NCBI GenBank assembly: GCA_965223545.1
Contig: OZ245006.1
Coordinates: 4,928,001 to 4,992,000 of the forward strand
Reading direction: 5' to 3'
Source: Planctomycetota bacterium
GTDB lineage: Bacteria; Planctomycetota; UBA1135; UBA2386
Length of the DNA: 64,000 nt
Below are positions 38,436-48,236 of this stretch, in pieces. The position numbers and the translations under genes are program-made. The notes below the pieces were generated by a model that saw nothing but the letters and a program-made list of their open reading frames with translations, was not told the DNA's origin and did no database searches. Each line of letters opens with the position of its first letter. The first letter of the stretch is position 1.

Positions 38436-39137
38436 TCAGCGGCCCTCGAGGTGGTCGAAGATCGCGTAGGCAAACGGTGACCACGCGGCGGTGCGCACGC
38501 CGATGTGTTTGAGGGCGCGGTTCGTCCAGTTGTTGCACGTGTCGAGCAGGTGGTAGCTGCCCTCGGCATGGTAGAAGGCGTCTGAGCTCCAGTAGCTCTC
38601 GCCCTTCAGGAGCATCGGCCGGCCGCTGGCGTCCAGGCGGAAGCTCGCGCGGATGAACGTCACCAGCTCGCGATACTCGGTCGCGGTGAGGGTGAGCTTG
38701 ACGCAGCGTGGACCGGGGAGCGGAGTGAGAGCGTGGTAGGTCACGTGCATGACCGTGGCGGAGGGCCAGAAGACCGCCTTCAACGTGGTGCCGATCGAGA
38801 GGTCGTCCCAGCGCGGAGTCAGGACGTAGAAGTCGTGGTCGCCCCAACCGATGGCGACGTAGCGCTGAAAGCGCAGGATCGCGGGATCCTCGAGCGGCGC
38901 GAACGCAGTCCAGTCGATGGTCGCGCTGCGGATGGGGAGCACGAGGTCGGTGTGGACGCCTTGGTTCCAGACCCAGATGTCCACGCCGGTACTGGCCTGG
39001 CGATAGTCGCGGTTGACGGCGATGGCCCCGAGACTGCAGACCGCGAGGAAGTAGCTGGCGGTCAGCCCGAGGACGGTCAGGGCGCCTCGTTTGAGGATGC
39101 GGCGGACGCGGCGGCGTTTGGTCGCTTCCGTCGGCAC
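38436..39137 (-). CDS. TIGR02117/DUF2459-like protein
   Basis: GVHTDLVLP, IGWGD..FY, FYHAEGSY...TCNNWT. Confidence 0.75.
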   Translation of the reverse strand: MPTEATKRRRVRRILKRGALTVLGLTASYFLAVCSLGAIAVNRDYRQASTGVDIWVWNQGVHTDLVLPIRSATIDWTAFAPLEDPAILRFQRYVAIGWGDHDFYVLTPRWDDLSIGTTLKAVFWPSATVMHVTYHALTPLPGPRCVKLTLTATEYRELVTFIRASFRLDASGRPMLLKGESYWSSDAFYHAEGSYHLLDTCNNWTNRALKHIGVRTAAWSPFAYAIFDHLEGR

Positions 39138-39150
39138 GAACCGGCTCCGG

Positions 39151-41751
39151 TCACTCCGGCGCGGGCACGAGGCGGTAGCGCCCGTTGGGGAAGTCCATCT
39201 CCAAGATCTGACCCTGGAGCAGGGCGAAGCTGACGACCAGCGGGGTCGGATCGTCCGCCCACGGGGTGAGGCGGTCGATCAGCACGGTCTGCTGCGGCTC
39301 GATGCGCAGCGCTCCGAACTGAACCCACCGCAACGCGCCGTTGTGCAGTGGGCCGTCCGCTCCGCGAGACAGCGCTGCGAGCCGCACCTGTTCGAGCGGC
39401 TTGATCCAGACCGTGGCGCTCTTGCTGGTGACGGGTGCTGCCCACGTGCGGACGCCTCCAGGAAGCCCGGCGGCGAAGACTCTGTGGGTGGCGATCGACT
39501 GCATGTCCGCCCAGCCGTCCCCATCGAACGACCCCGGTGGCTCGATCCGCAGGGCATGACTCTGCAGATTGAACGTGATGCACGCTCCGGCCAGCATCGT
39601 CGAACCCAGATACCCGAGCACGCGGCTGCCGTTGGGGGCCTCCGGCACCGGTTGATCGAGCCGGTCGAACACACCGCGCGCCGCCCGAAGCGGCCCGCAC
39701 TGCACGTCTCTCGCCTCCAGCGCCCTGCCATTGCCTGATTGCGGGGCGCCGGCGATGACCAGGGCATCGAACAGCGGGCCATCGAGCCAGCTCAGTTCCA
39801 GGAGCGGTGTTAGCAGGAACCACCCCTGCTGGTCGCCGATCCGGCCCTCGCACCACAGCACGTCACCCCGCGGGGTCAGCTCGAGCGGCTCGGCATCGGG
39901 CGCGAACCACGGTCCTGCCAGTTGTTCGGGCAGCGTGAATCGTCCGTCGATCGGTGCCAAGCGCCAAGTATCCACGTGGTAGCGCGTGCTCGACGCGTCC
40001 TCCGAGTCGTCGACCACGATCTCGTGCGGCAAGACCAAATCGCCGACGCGGCGAAGGTCGGACAGTCGTGTCGGACGGCTTTGACTCGGTGGCCGCGGTT
40101 GGACGGGATCGACCCAGCGCGGCAGCCACGTCTCGCGATCGATGCCGATCCTGGGTCGGTACACCGCGCCGTCGATGAGCAGCTCGAGCACTACGTGTTG
40201 GTCGGTGACCTCGGCGACTTCGACACCGGCCAACGCGTCGGGGACGAGAAACGCTCCCCCGACCCCAGCTCCCCAGCCGACGGAGAAGGCGAGTTCTGAG
40301 GGGCCGGTTTCGACCCACCCCCATCCAGTGTCTTGGAAGCTCGAAACGCCGTCGTACAGGCTGTCGAGGCCGAGCGGCCCGAACACTCGCTGCCGGAACC
40401 TGCCGTCGGCGGCGTACGCGAACTCAAACGTCGTCGGGCGGCCGCCGTACGTCCCATTGCCGCGCGCCACCAGCATGTGCTCCGCTGCGATCTGCCCGCG
40501 CGCCGCGCGAGCACGCGTCAACACCGCGTCGCGCGTCGTTGTTTCGGCGCTCGCGAACGCGACCCGCACCCGCGTTTCGGCGTGCTCTCCGCCGGCCTCG
40601 GATCGGATCTCGACGTGGCCCAAGAGCCGGAGCAACGAACCCGCCGCGCGGCAGGCGGCAACCCCGACTTCGCGCTTGGGAGTCCTCCGCCCATGCGTGA
40701 GTAGCTGTGTCACCGTATCGAGCAGATCACCGATGCGCGCGCCCGTCGTCTGCAGGCAGAACCTGCGGTCCTCCGGCCAGGACCGGCTGCCGCCCTGGAT
40801 CAGGCGATTGGTCAACCGCTCGGAGGTCGAGATCACGAGGATCTCGCCGAGCATCACCGCGTGTGGTTGCAGGTCGGGACCGGCCCCGTCCGGGAGGATG
40901 ACGTCGATGCGTTCGTCACCCAGTCGTAGCTCGATCCCATCGAACTCCGTCAGTGGCGTGAGCAGCTGGCGGGCGAACCACAGCCCGGAGTTCGTGGAGC
41001 GGGGCCGGCTGAGAATCGCGAATGCTGGTGCTGGGCGCCGCCGCGATTCCGCGGGGCCGACGCCGCCGTCGGTGGTGGTGATCACCGCAAAGCCCGGTAG
41101 AAACTGGGCACGTGAGGGGGCGAGCGCCTCGTGCATCCGGGCGACTGGCGCGACCGACGCGGGTGGCTCGAGTGCCCCCGTCTCTCCCTCCTCCAGATCT
41201 CGGAGCAGGGCGCGGTTGATCGCTCGATCGATCACGTTGGCGAGCCCCGCGAGCAGCGCTTCGGGAAACGAATGCAGGGCCGATCCGACCCACAGCTCCA
41301 CGGCGTCCGGCAGCCGTGCCATCAGCTCCGCCATCGCGTTGGAGTCGGCCACCGCTCGTTCCGTCCCCCGCGCGCGCCACGAGAGTTCGACTCCGTCGTC
41401 GCCGAGGCGCAGACCTCCACTTCCCACGCTACTGCCGAACGGTTCACGGCCGGCCTCGGCGTCTGCGGCGAGTGGCAACCACTCCGCTTCCAAAGCGGGC
41501 AAGCGCTTCGCAATGGGTGAGGTCCTCAGCTCTTGCAGTAGGTCGGCGTAGGTCGATGCGGTTGCCGAGAAGGCGCGCGTGTCCCACTCGAACGAGGCGA
41601 GCTCGCCGGCGCCAAGTGGGAGGCTCGCCGACGTCGGCGGCGCGCCCGTGCTGGTGCACTCCACGCGCCAGTAGTCGTCCTCGCAGTCGAGCTGCAGCCG
41701 GAATCGCAACCCTCGGGTGGCCATTGGCTGCGCGCGCGAGGACCGAATCAT
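39151..41751 (-). CDS. Large hypothetical protein with C-terminal degenerate retropepsin-like lobes; probably the 3' part of a frameshifted gene
   Basis: GRIGDQQGWFLLTP (no DTG), GYLGSTML..ITFN; overlaps the upstream ORF by 308 nt. Confidence 0.55.
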   Translation of the reverse strand: MIRSSRAQPMATRGLRFRLQLDCEDDYWRVECTSTGAPPTSASLPLGAGELASFEWDTRAFSATASTYADLLQELRTSPIAKRLPALEAEWLPLAADAEAGREPFGSSVGSGGLRLGDDGVELSWRARGTERAVADSNAMAELMARLPDAVELWVGSALHSFPEALLAGLANVIDRAINRALLRDLEEGETGALEPPASVAPVARMHEALAPSRAQFLPGFAVITTTDGGVGPAESRRRPAPAFAILSRPRSTNSGLWFARQLLTPLTEFDGIELRLGDERIDVILPDGAGPDLQPHAVMLGEILVISTSERLTNRLIQGGSRSWPEDRRFCLQTTGARIGDLLDTVTQLLTHGRRTPKREVGVAACRAAGSLLRLLGHVEIRSEAGGEHAETRVRVAFASAETTTRDAVLTRARAARGQIAAEHMLVARGNGTYGGRPTTFEFAYAADGRFRQRVFGPLGLDSLYDGVSSFQDTGWGWVETGPSELAFSVGWGAGVGGAFLVPDALAGVEVAEVTDQHVVLELLIDGAVYRPRIGIDRETWLPRWVDPVQPRPPSQSRPTRLSDLRRVGDLVLPHEIVVDDSEDASSTRYHVDTWRLAPIDGRFTLPEQLAGPWFAPDAEPLELTPRGDVLWCEGRIGDQQGWFLLTPLLELSWLDGPLFDALVIAGAPQSGNGRALEARDVQCGPLRAARGVFDRLDQPVPEAPNGSRVLGYLGSTMLAGACITFNLQSHALRIEPPGSFDGDGWADMQSIATHRVFAAGLPGGVRTWAAPVTSKSATVWIKPLEQVRLAALSRGADGPLHNGALRWVQFGALRIEPQQTVLIDRLTPWADDPTPLVVSFALLQGQILEMDFPNGRYRLVPAPE

Positions 41752-42439
41752 CGCGCGCGCTCTCGGTCTTCGACAAGCCGATCAGGTCCGGCCCCAAGAG
41801 CTCGACGATCCTGGCCATGTCGACCTCGATTGCCCAGGTGTCGACGTCGTCATCGACCGAGATCCCGAGATCCGCGAGCAGCTCGACGTCTGGCAGTTCG
41901 GCGTCGAGCCGCTCTACCACGTTGTCGTGAATGTGACGTGCTGCCGTTGCCGAGCGCAGTCGGATCTCGGCCCTCATTGCCATGCCTCGCAACCCGTGCA
42001 GGCTCGCCAGCAACCGATCTTCCAGCGCCTCGCGCAGGTCCCGCGCATCCTGCGCAGGGAGCGCGTGCGATTCTTGCAGTGCCTCCATGACGCTGCCGAG
42101 GGTCATCATGTGCGCGAACACGGTGCCACTGCCGCGGGCGCACTCGAACTCGACTCGCCTGGGCACCCACGGCGCCGCGAGCTGGAGCGCGCCCGTGATC
42201 GCCCCGGCGCGAGCCGCCGAGAGGCCCGCCCGCCGGGCGTCTTCGCCCTGCAGCCAGACCTGCACGGGCGCGGAGGCCAGCGCGGCCTCCAGCGGAGGCA
42301 GTGGGTCGCCCAGCGTCACCCGCAGCATGGATCGTGAGCTGTCGCGATCGGCTTGGCCCGGCATCGGCGTGGGCAGCAGGGCGATGCATGCGAGCAGCCA
42401 CCAAGGGGTGGGAATCGAACCGGGCACTGTCGTCTCCAT
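41444..42439 (-). CDS. Secreted hypothetical protein; probably the 5' part of the frameshifted gene continuing in 39151..41751
   Basis: Signal-like WWLLACIALLP; the sequence becomes Arg-rich and off-frame-like after ~41725. Confidence 0.45.
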   Translation of the reverse strand: METTVPGSIPTPWWLLACIALLPTPMPGQADRDSSRSMLRVTLGDPLPPLEAALASAPVQVWLQGEDARRAGLSAARAGAITGALQLAAPWVPRRVEFECARGSGTVFAHMMTLGSVMEALQESHALPAQDARDLREALEDRLLASLHGLRGMAMRAEIRLRSATAARHIHDNVVERLDAELPDVELLADLGISVDDDVDTWAIEVDMARIVELLGPDLIGLSKTESARDDSVLARAANGHPRVAIPAAARLRGRLLARGVHQHGRAADVGEPPTWRRRARLVRVGHARLLGNRIDLRRPTARAEDLTHCEALARFGSGVVATRRRRRGRP

Positions 42440-42503
42440 GAGACGTGAGGTTAGCGTCTCCCGCGCGCGAGACGACAACGCTCTCGCCGTCGCGACCCCT
42501 CCA

Positions 42504-43928
42504 TCACCGCAACACGCTGCCGCCGACGAGGTTGTCGGCGTGCACCGGAACTCCATCGGCGCCGCGGCTCGTGTCGAGGGCGAATGGGGCGACGATCGAG
42601 TGCTGGAGCGCAGTCGCTCCTACGGACTGCAGACCGTCCACCGCGTCGAGCCGCAGTTGCATGCGGTGCGGCTTGTCCGCGAAAGCGCGCCCCGCGTTCT
42701 CCTCTCGCATGCGCTCGTCCAGGTAGAAGCCGAGCGGCGGCTCCAGTCGAAGGCCGTACGGGTCGTTCGAGTTGACGAACGCGCGCACCGCGACGGGGCG
42801 ACGCCCGTCGGCTCCATCACCGCCCTGCGTCACCGAAACGTTGCAGTAGAGGTGCAGGGTCCGCAGATCGAGCGGCAGGTTGAAGCGCAGCTGCAGGCTC
42901 GCGTGCGGCAACACTCCGTCGCCGGGTTGCGGGCCTGTGTGCGGTGGGTCGAATGCGATCCCGTTCTCTGGTGGATCCCGCTGCGGGTTCAGCACGGCGA
43001 GCAGGATCAGAGTCGGCGCGTTGTCGCGGAGCCAGCCGCGGCCTGCGGGGCTGCGGGGTTGCGCCGGGTAGTCGGCGCGCGAACGCGGGTCGGCGCGCAG
43101 CAAGGCGGGCAGCGGCGTGACGCGTGCGGTGACAAACGGTTTCGCTGGCCGTTCACGGTCGTCGCTCGGGTCGGCGAGCACGGTGGCGAAGTAGGGTTGG
43201 CCCGCGATCTCGAGGCGCAGTGCGTCGCCGGCGTCGATGTCGTGCTGCACGCCCGCCTTGAACAGTCCGACCTCCGCGACGTCGGCGTCGATGGGGCGGG
43301 CACTCACCAGTCGCATCGGCACCTGTGTCAGCAACGCCAGGGGGACCGGTGCGCGCCGAGGTGTGTCGAGCCGAACGCGGGCGCGCTCGATTCCGTCGAC
43401 GACGAGGGACATCGTGGTGCCCGCTGCCGCATGCGTTGGCGTGGCGTGCAGGATGATCTGGTGCGGCGAGCGCTCGACGACGCGCAGGCCTGAGCGCGGC
43501 GCCCAGTCCACCACCGCTGCTTCGGCGTGCTCGATTTCGATGGCGTCCCCGAGGGGCACTCGGACGATGGGCGGGGGTGCTCCATGCGCGCGGCGCACCC
43601 CAAGCCATGCGCGTCCGTTGCGCAGCTCCGCCACGGCTTCGGCGAACGGGCGTGTGTCGACGGGGCAACGGATCAGAACGCGCGGCCGGCCGTTGCCCGC
43701 ATCGATCCCCACATACGTGAACAGCGCGTCGGTACCACCCTGGGGCGGCAGGTCGGCGCCGATCACCGTGCCGGCGGTGCGCAGCACCATGGTGCGGTCA
43801 CCCGGCCCGCGCTCGCCGTAGACGTCGACCAGGCGCCCGTGCGAGATCCGGGGCATCGTCGGATGGGGCGGCTGGACCAGCGCCGCCGCCAGCGAGGCCA
43901 AAGCGAGCGTGAGGGTGGTGGACAGCAT
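42504..43928 (-). CDS. Secreted hypothetical protein with possible Ig-like (Big_5-like) C-terminal domain
   Basis: Signal MLSTTLTLALASLAAALVQ; LQLRFNLPLDLRTL resembles an Ig-like strand motif. Confidence 0.5.
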   Translation of the reverse strand: MLSTTLTLALASLAAALVQPPHPTMPRISHGRLVDVYGERGPGDRTMVLRTAGTVIGADLPPQGGTDALFTYVGIDAGNGRPRVLIRCPVDTRPFAEAVAELRNGRAWLGVRRAHGAPPPIVRVPLGDAIEIEHAEAAVVDWAPRSGLRVVERSPHQIILHATPTHAAAGTTMSLVVDGIERARVRLDTPRRAPVPLALLTQVPMRLVSARPIDADVAEVGLFKAGVQHDIDAGDALRLEIAGQPYFATVLADPSDDRERPAKPFVTARVTPLPALLRADPRSRADYPAQPRSPAGRGWLRDNAPTLILLAVLNPQRDPPENGIAFDPPHTGPQPGDGVLPHASLQLRFNLPLDLRTLHLYCNVSVTQGGDGADGRRPVAVRAFVNSNDPYGLRLEPPLGFYLDERMREENAGRAFADKPHRMQLRLDAVDGLQSVGATALQHSIVAPFALDTSRGADGVPVHADNLVGGSVLR

Positions 43929-44007
43929 GAGACGGGTCCGGATCCGGACGGGTCCCGAGTAGTCCTGCCCTCTCGGCGCGTCACCACCGCTATGATCGCG
44001 TCCCAGG

Positions 44008-46119
44008 ATGCCGCTGCCGACTGCGTCTCTGGTGCTGTTCGCGCTGGTGGCACAACCCGTGCCCGAGCGGTTGGCAGGGCTCGCCGCGCCGCTCGCCGGG
44101 TTGCGCGCGCAGCAGTTCTCCTCGCGCGATCCCGCCGGCTCGAACGTCGATCACGGACACTTCGTCGGGCGGCTCGACGACGGTGACTTGGTGATGGCAA
44201 AGGCCGAGGGGCCGGGGGCCGTTTGCCGGGTCTGGTCGGCCAACCCCGCGGGGGAGGTGCGGCTCGAGCTCGATGGTGAGGTCGCGTGGCGCGGCCCGTT
44301 TGCCGACTACTTCGCCTGGCAGCCCGAGGGCAGTGAAGCGCTGGCGGGGCCGAGCGGAGGCGGTTTCGTCAGCTACGTGCGCCGGTCCTTCCGGCGGAGT
44401 TTCCGCATGGTGTTGGCGGCCGGCAGCACTGATGCGAGCAAGCTCTACTACCACGTCGGGATCGAACGCGGGGTGAGGGAGGTCGATTCCGAGGCGGCGG
44501 CGGAGGCAGCCCCGATCGCGACCCACTCGGTCGACTTCTCGGTGCCTGGTGGAGGCCGCGAGCCGGTGCTGGAGGTGGCGGGGCCGGTGCGCGTGGTCGA
44601 GGTGCGGCTGTCGATGGCGGCTTGGCCACCGCCGCGCGCGGCTTGGCTGCTGGCGAGCGTCGACGGTGCGCCGCCGGCGGTCATCGCTCCGCTGGCCGAC
44701 CTGTTCGGCTTCGGTGGCGCCGGAGGGCCGGGCCTCGAGACCGGCGTCGTCGGTTCCGCCGGGGCGGAACGCTTCTTTCGAATGCCGATGCCGTGCAAGC
44801 AGCGGCTCGAGTTCACCATCGAGCACTGCGGCGACCGCACGGAGCCGCCGGTCGAGGGAAGACTGGTCGTCGATGCGGTCGCGCTGCCCGTCGATCACCG
44901 CGAGTGCTTCCTGCACGCTCGGTTCCACCGCGCGGCGACCGAGTACGGGCAGCCGTTTCGCGTGCTCGACCTGGCAGGGGCCGGCGCCGGTCACTTCGCC
45001 GGCGTGGTGATGTCGTTCGCTCCGGATTCCGGGCAGGGCTTGAGCTACCTCGAGGGCGACGAGCGGATCACGGTCGACGGCCGGCTGGCGTTCGCGGGTA
45101 CCGGCACCGAGGACTACTTCTCCGGCGCGTGGTACTTCCGCGGAGGGCCGTTCGGCCACCGGTTCGGTGGCGTCAGTGTGATCGATGGTGAGGGCCGCAT
45201 CACGGCCGCGCGCTGGCACGTGCGCGATCCGGTGCCCTTCGCGCAGAGCCTGCGCTTCGAACTCGAGCACGGCGGCAACAACGATTGTCCGCGCGCCGAC
45301 TACAGCGCGCTGGCGTTCTTCTACCTGGACGATCCCGCCGGTCGGTTGCAACCGCCACGGCCGCTGCGCCGCCGTTGGTCGGAGCTGCCGCAGCGCCGGC
45401 CACAGCCGCGCCGCCTGCCGGTCACTCCGGCGCGGCCGCTGTCGTCGGGCCGGCACGAGATCTCCCTCGACGCGCCGGAGTGGCAGTTCGCGCAAGCGAC
45501 GCCGCTCGACGCCGCCGGCGTCCCACTCGGACAACCACTCCAGCAGACGGTGTGGAGCGCCGGCCCAGCCGACCTCTCCGGTCTGCCACGAGTGGGGATG
45601 CGGCAGGTCGAACTCCGCCTGTCCCGGGATGGTGAGGTCGCGGCCGTGTTGTTCGAACCCTATCTGCCGGCTCTGCGCCAATGGCACGTCGTGGGGCCGT
45701 TCGCCGCGGTGGATCGCAAGGGCATCGACACGGTCTATCCGCCAGAGCGCGACTGGGACGCTTCCTCGTACGAGACCGAGGCGGGGACGGTGGCGTGGCA
45801 GCCGCTCGACCTGCGGTTCCTTGGCGATGGCGTGGCCGATCTCGATCCTCTGTTCGACCGAGCGGATCACGCCGTCGCCTACGCGAAGACGGTGATCGAA
45901 TGCGAGCACGCGGGCGATGCGGTCCTGGTGCTCGGCAGCGACGATGCGGTCTGTGTCTTCCTCAACGGTGAGCGGGTCCATCGCAACGCGGTGTTGCGCG
46001 GGGTGGGGCGGGATCAGGACCGGGTGCCGATCACGTTGCGTTCCGGCGACAACGACCTGGTCCTCAAGGTGGAGGACTACAGCGGCGGATGGGGCTTCGT
46101 CGCCCGCGTCGAGCGCTGA
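44008..46119 (+). CDS. DUF2961 (GH172-like) glycoside hydrolase with C-terminal beta-sandwich domain
   Basis: GPGAVCRVW, PLADLFG, PMPC, LEGDERITVDG, GTGTEDYFSGAW; C-terminal WHVVGPF..GSDD..FLNG..GDN.LVLKV. Confidence 0.8.
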   Translation: MPLPTASLVLFALVAQPVPERLAGLAAPLAGLRAQQFSSRDPAGSNVDHGHFVGRLDDGDLVMAKAEGPGAVCRVWSANPAGEVRLELDGEVAWRGPFADYFAWQPEGSEALAGPSGGGFVSYVRRSFRRSFRMVLAAGSTDASKLYYHVGIERGVREVDSEAAAEAAPIATHSVDFSVPGGGREPVLEVAGPVRVVEVRLSMAAWPPPRAAWLLASVDGAPPAVIAPLADLFGFGGAGGPGLETGVVGSAGAERFFRMPMPCKQRLEFTIEHCGDRTEPPVEGRLVVDAVALPVDHRECFLHARFHRAATEYGQPFRVLDLAGAGAGHFAGVVMSFAPDSGQGLSYLEGDERITVDGRLAFAGTGTEDYFSGAWYFRGGPFGHRFGGVSVIDGEGRITAARWHVRDPVPFAQSLRFELEHGGNNDCPRADYSALAFFYLDDPAGRLQPPRPLRRRWSELPQRRPQPRRLPVTPARPLSSGRHEISLDAPEWQFAQATPLDAAGVPLGQPLQQTVWSAGPADLSGLPRVGMRQVELRLSRDGEVAAVLFEPYLPALRQWHVVGPFAAVDRKGIDTVYPPERDWDASSYETEAGTVAWQPLDLRFLGDGVADLDPLFDRADHAVAYAKTVIECEHAGDAVLVLGSDDAVCVFLNGERVHRNAVLRGVGRDQDRVPITLRSGDNDLVLKVEDYSGGWGFVARVER

Positions 46120-46148
46120 TCGAGCCGGCTGCGTATGATGCGCGCGCC

Positions 46149-48224
46149 GTGACCCGTTCTCCGTCGTTCTCGCCCAGCATCGTGCTGGCGCTCGCCTGCG
46201 TCGCGCCAGCCGGCGCGCAAGATCTGTGGTCGCCATTGCCGGCGACTGCTCCGCAGGCACGCACCGAGCACGCGGCGGCGGCGGATTCGGCGCGCGGGCA
46301 GGTCGTCCTGTTCGGCGGTCGGGTCAATGGCGTGCCGGCAGGGGATACCTGGTTGTGGTCGGGCAGCGCTTGGAGTTCCGCCGCCGCTGCCGGTCCCACC
46401 GCGCGCAGCGAGCACGCCATGGTCTACGACGCCGCCCGGCAGCGGGTGCTGCTGTTCGGCGGCGACGACGGCAGCGGGCTGCTCGGCGACACTTGGCTCT
46501 GGGACGGCGCGGCGTGGTCGCGCGCCGCGACCGGGGGGCCGCCGGCGCGCCGCGGCCACGCGATGGTGTTCGATGCCGCGACCAACCGCGTCGTCCTGTT
46601 CGGCGGTGAAGGCGCCGGCGGCGTGCTCGGCGACTCGTGGGCGTGGGACGGCGCCAGCTGGTCGCAGGTGTCGGCCAGCGGCCCCGCCGCGCGGCGCGAC
46701 GCCGGCGCGGCCTACGACGCGCTCGACGGTCGCGTTCTCCTCTTCGGCGGGCGCGATGCCGCGGGAGTGCTCGGCGACACGTGGGCGTGGAGCGCGGGCG
46801 CGTGGTCGCCGGTCGCCGCCAGCGGCCCCCCGGCGCGGCACTCGGCAGCGCTGGCGTTCGATCCGCTCCGCGGCCGCGTCGTGCTGTTCGGCGGCGACGA
46901 CGGCAGCGCGCGCGCCGATGCCTGGCAGTGGGAGCGCAGCGGCTGGGTCGCGCGCCCGGCGCCGGGTCCCGCGCCTCGCGCGGGCCACAGTCTGGTCGAG
47001 GATCCCGGGCGCCGGCGGGTGCTGTTGTTCGGTGGGGCGGCCGCGTCGGGCGCGCTCGGCGACTGCTGGTCGTGGTCGTGCGTGCCCTGGTGTGACCTCG
47101 GCTTCGCCGTCGGCGGCGCGCACGGCGAGCCGCGGCTCTCCGGTTCGGGCACGCTCGAGCCGGGCACCACTCTGCTGCTCACGATGCAGAACGCGCTCGC
47201 CGGCTCGACCGCGGTGCTCGTCGCCGGCGCTGCACCGCTGCACGCGCCGCTGCTCGGCGGGGTCGCGGTACCGGTGCCGAGTCTGGTCGTGCCGGCGCCG
47301 ACCGGTGGGGTCACCGGGCTTCCCGCGACGGTGCGCGGTCTGTTCGCGCTGCCGGCGGGGGTTCCGCCGGGACTGACGCTCTACGCCCAGTACTGGGTGT
47401 TGGATCCGGCCGGGCCTCGGGGCTTCGCGGTCTCCAACGCGGTGGTCGGCACGACCCGCCGCCCGCTGTACGACGAGCTGGCGTGGACGGTGGACGCCCT
47501 GCTGCGGGTGGCGGCGTCCCCGGCTGCCGCCAAGCCGATCTACACGACGCAGGACTTCGCCACGCTGACCTTCGTGCGCAATCCGGCGTGCTGGACCGGT
47601 CCCTACGATCTCACCGGCCTCAGCCCGTGGAACGCGGCGCACGCCAATCGGCGCGCCGGCACCCTGGTGAGCCCGCGCCACGTCGTGTTCGCCAAGCACT
47701 ATCCGCTGAGCGCCGCGCCGGGCAGCAACGACATCGCGTTCGTCGCCGCCGACGGCACCACGGTGGTGCGCAAGCTGGTCGCGGTCGCCTATCCGGCCGT
47801 CGATATCGGCGTCGGGGTCCTCGACGCCGATGTGCCGGCGATCATCCGGCACTACCCGGTCTTGGCGCCGACCTGGGGCAGTGCCCTGGCGCGCACCGGC
47901 GGACTGCCGATGCTGCACATCGACCAGGAGGAGAAGGCACTGGTGCGCGACATGACCGCGACCGGTCCCGGCGCCTCGTACTGTTTCCACACGACACCCG
48001 TCGACCCGCTGCGACAGCAGTTCTCGGAGACTCTGATCAGTGGAGACAGCGGCAACCCGGCGTTCCTGTTGGTCAACGGCGAGCCGGTGCTGGTGTTGAC
48101 CCACCACTACGCCACCGGCGGGCCGTTCTACACCTCGCATCTCGGCGCCGTCGATGCCGCGATGGCGCAGCTCGGCGGTGGCTACCGGTTGCGGGTGGTC
48201 GACCTCGGCCTGGTCCCGCGCTGA
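46149..48224 (+). CDS. Secreted Kelch-type repeat protein with internal shared domain and C-terminal trypsin-like serine protease
   Basis: Six AR..HA..D..R.RV.LFGG..GDTW repeats; AQYWVLDPAGPRGFAVSNA; GTLVSPRHVVFAKH, DIGV and SGDSG triad motifs. Confidence 0.78.
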   Translation: MTRSPSFSPSIVLALACVAPAGAQDLWSPLPATAPQARTEHAAAADSARGQVVLFGGRVNGVPAGDTWLWSGSAWSSAAAAGPTARSEHAMVYDAARQRVLLFGGDDGSGLLGDTWLWDGAAWSRAATGGPPARRGHAMVFDAATNRVVLFGGEGAGGVLGDSWAWDGASWSQVSASGPAARRDAGAAYDALDGRVLLFGGRDAAGVLGDTWAWSAGAWSPVAASGPPARHSAALAFDPLRGRVVLFGGDDGSARADAWQWERSGWVARPAPGPAPRAGHSLVEDPGRRRVLLFGGAAASGALGDCWSWSCVPWCDLGFAVGGAHGEPRLSGSGTLEPGTTLLLTMQNALAGSTAVLVAGAAPLHAPLLGGVAVPVPSLVVPAPTGGVTGLPATVRGLFALPAGVPPGLTLYAQYWVLDPAGPRGFAVSNAVVGTTRRPLYDELAWTVDALLRVAASPAAAKPIYTTQDFATLTFVRNPACWTGPYDLTGLSPWNAAHANRRAGTLVSPRHVVFAKHYPLSAAPGSNDIAFVAADGTTVVRKLVAVAYPAVDIGVGVLDADVPAIIRHYPVLAPTWGSALARTGGLPMLHIDQEEKALVRDMTATGPGASYCFHTTPVDPLRQQFSETLISGDSGNPAFLLVNGEPVLVLTHHYATGGPFYTSHLGAVDAAMAQLGGGYRLRVVDLGLVPR

Positions 48225-48236
48225 CGGGGGCTCCTG

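Noticed and set aside
46250..47080. Regularly spaced DNA repeats (CTGTTCGGCGG, GGCGACAC.TGG) resembling an array
   Set aside because: They are explained by the Kelch-type protein repeats of the coding sequence.
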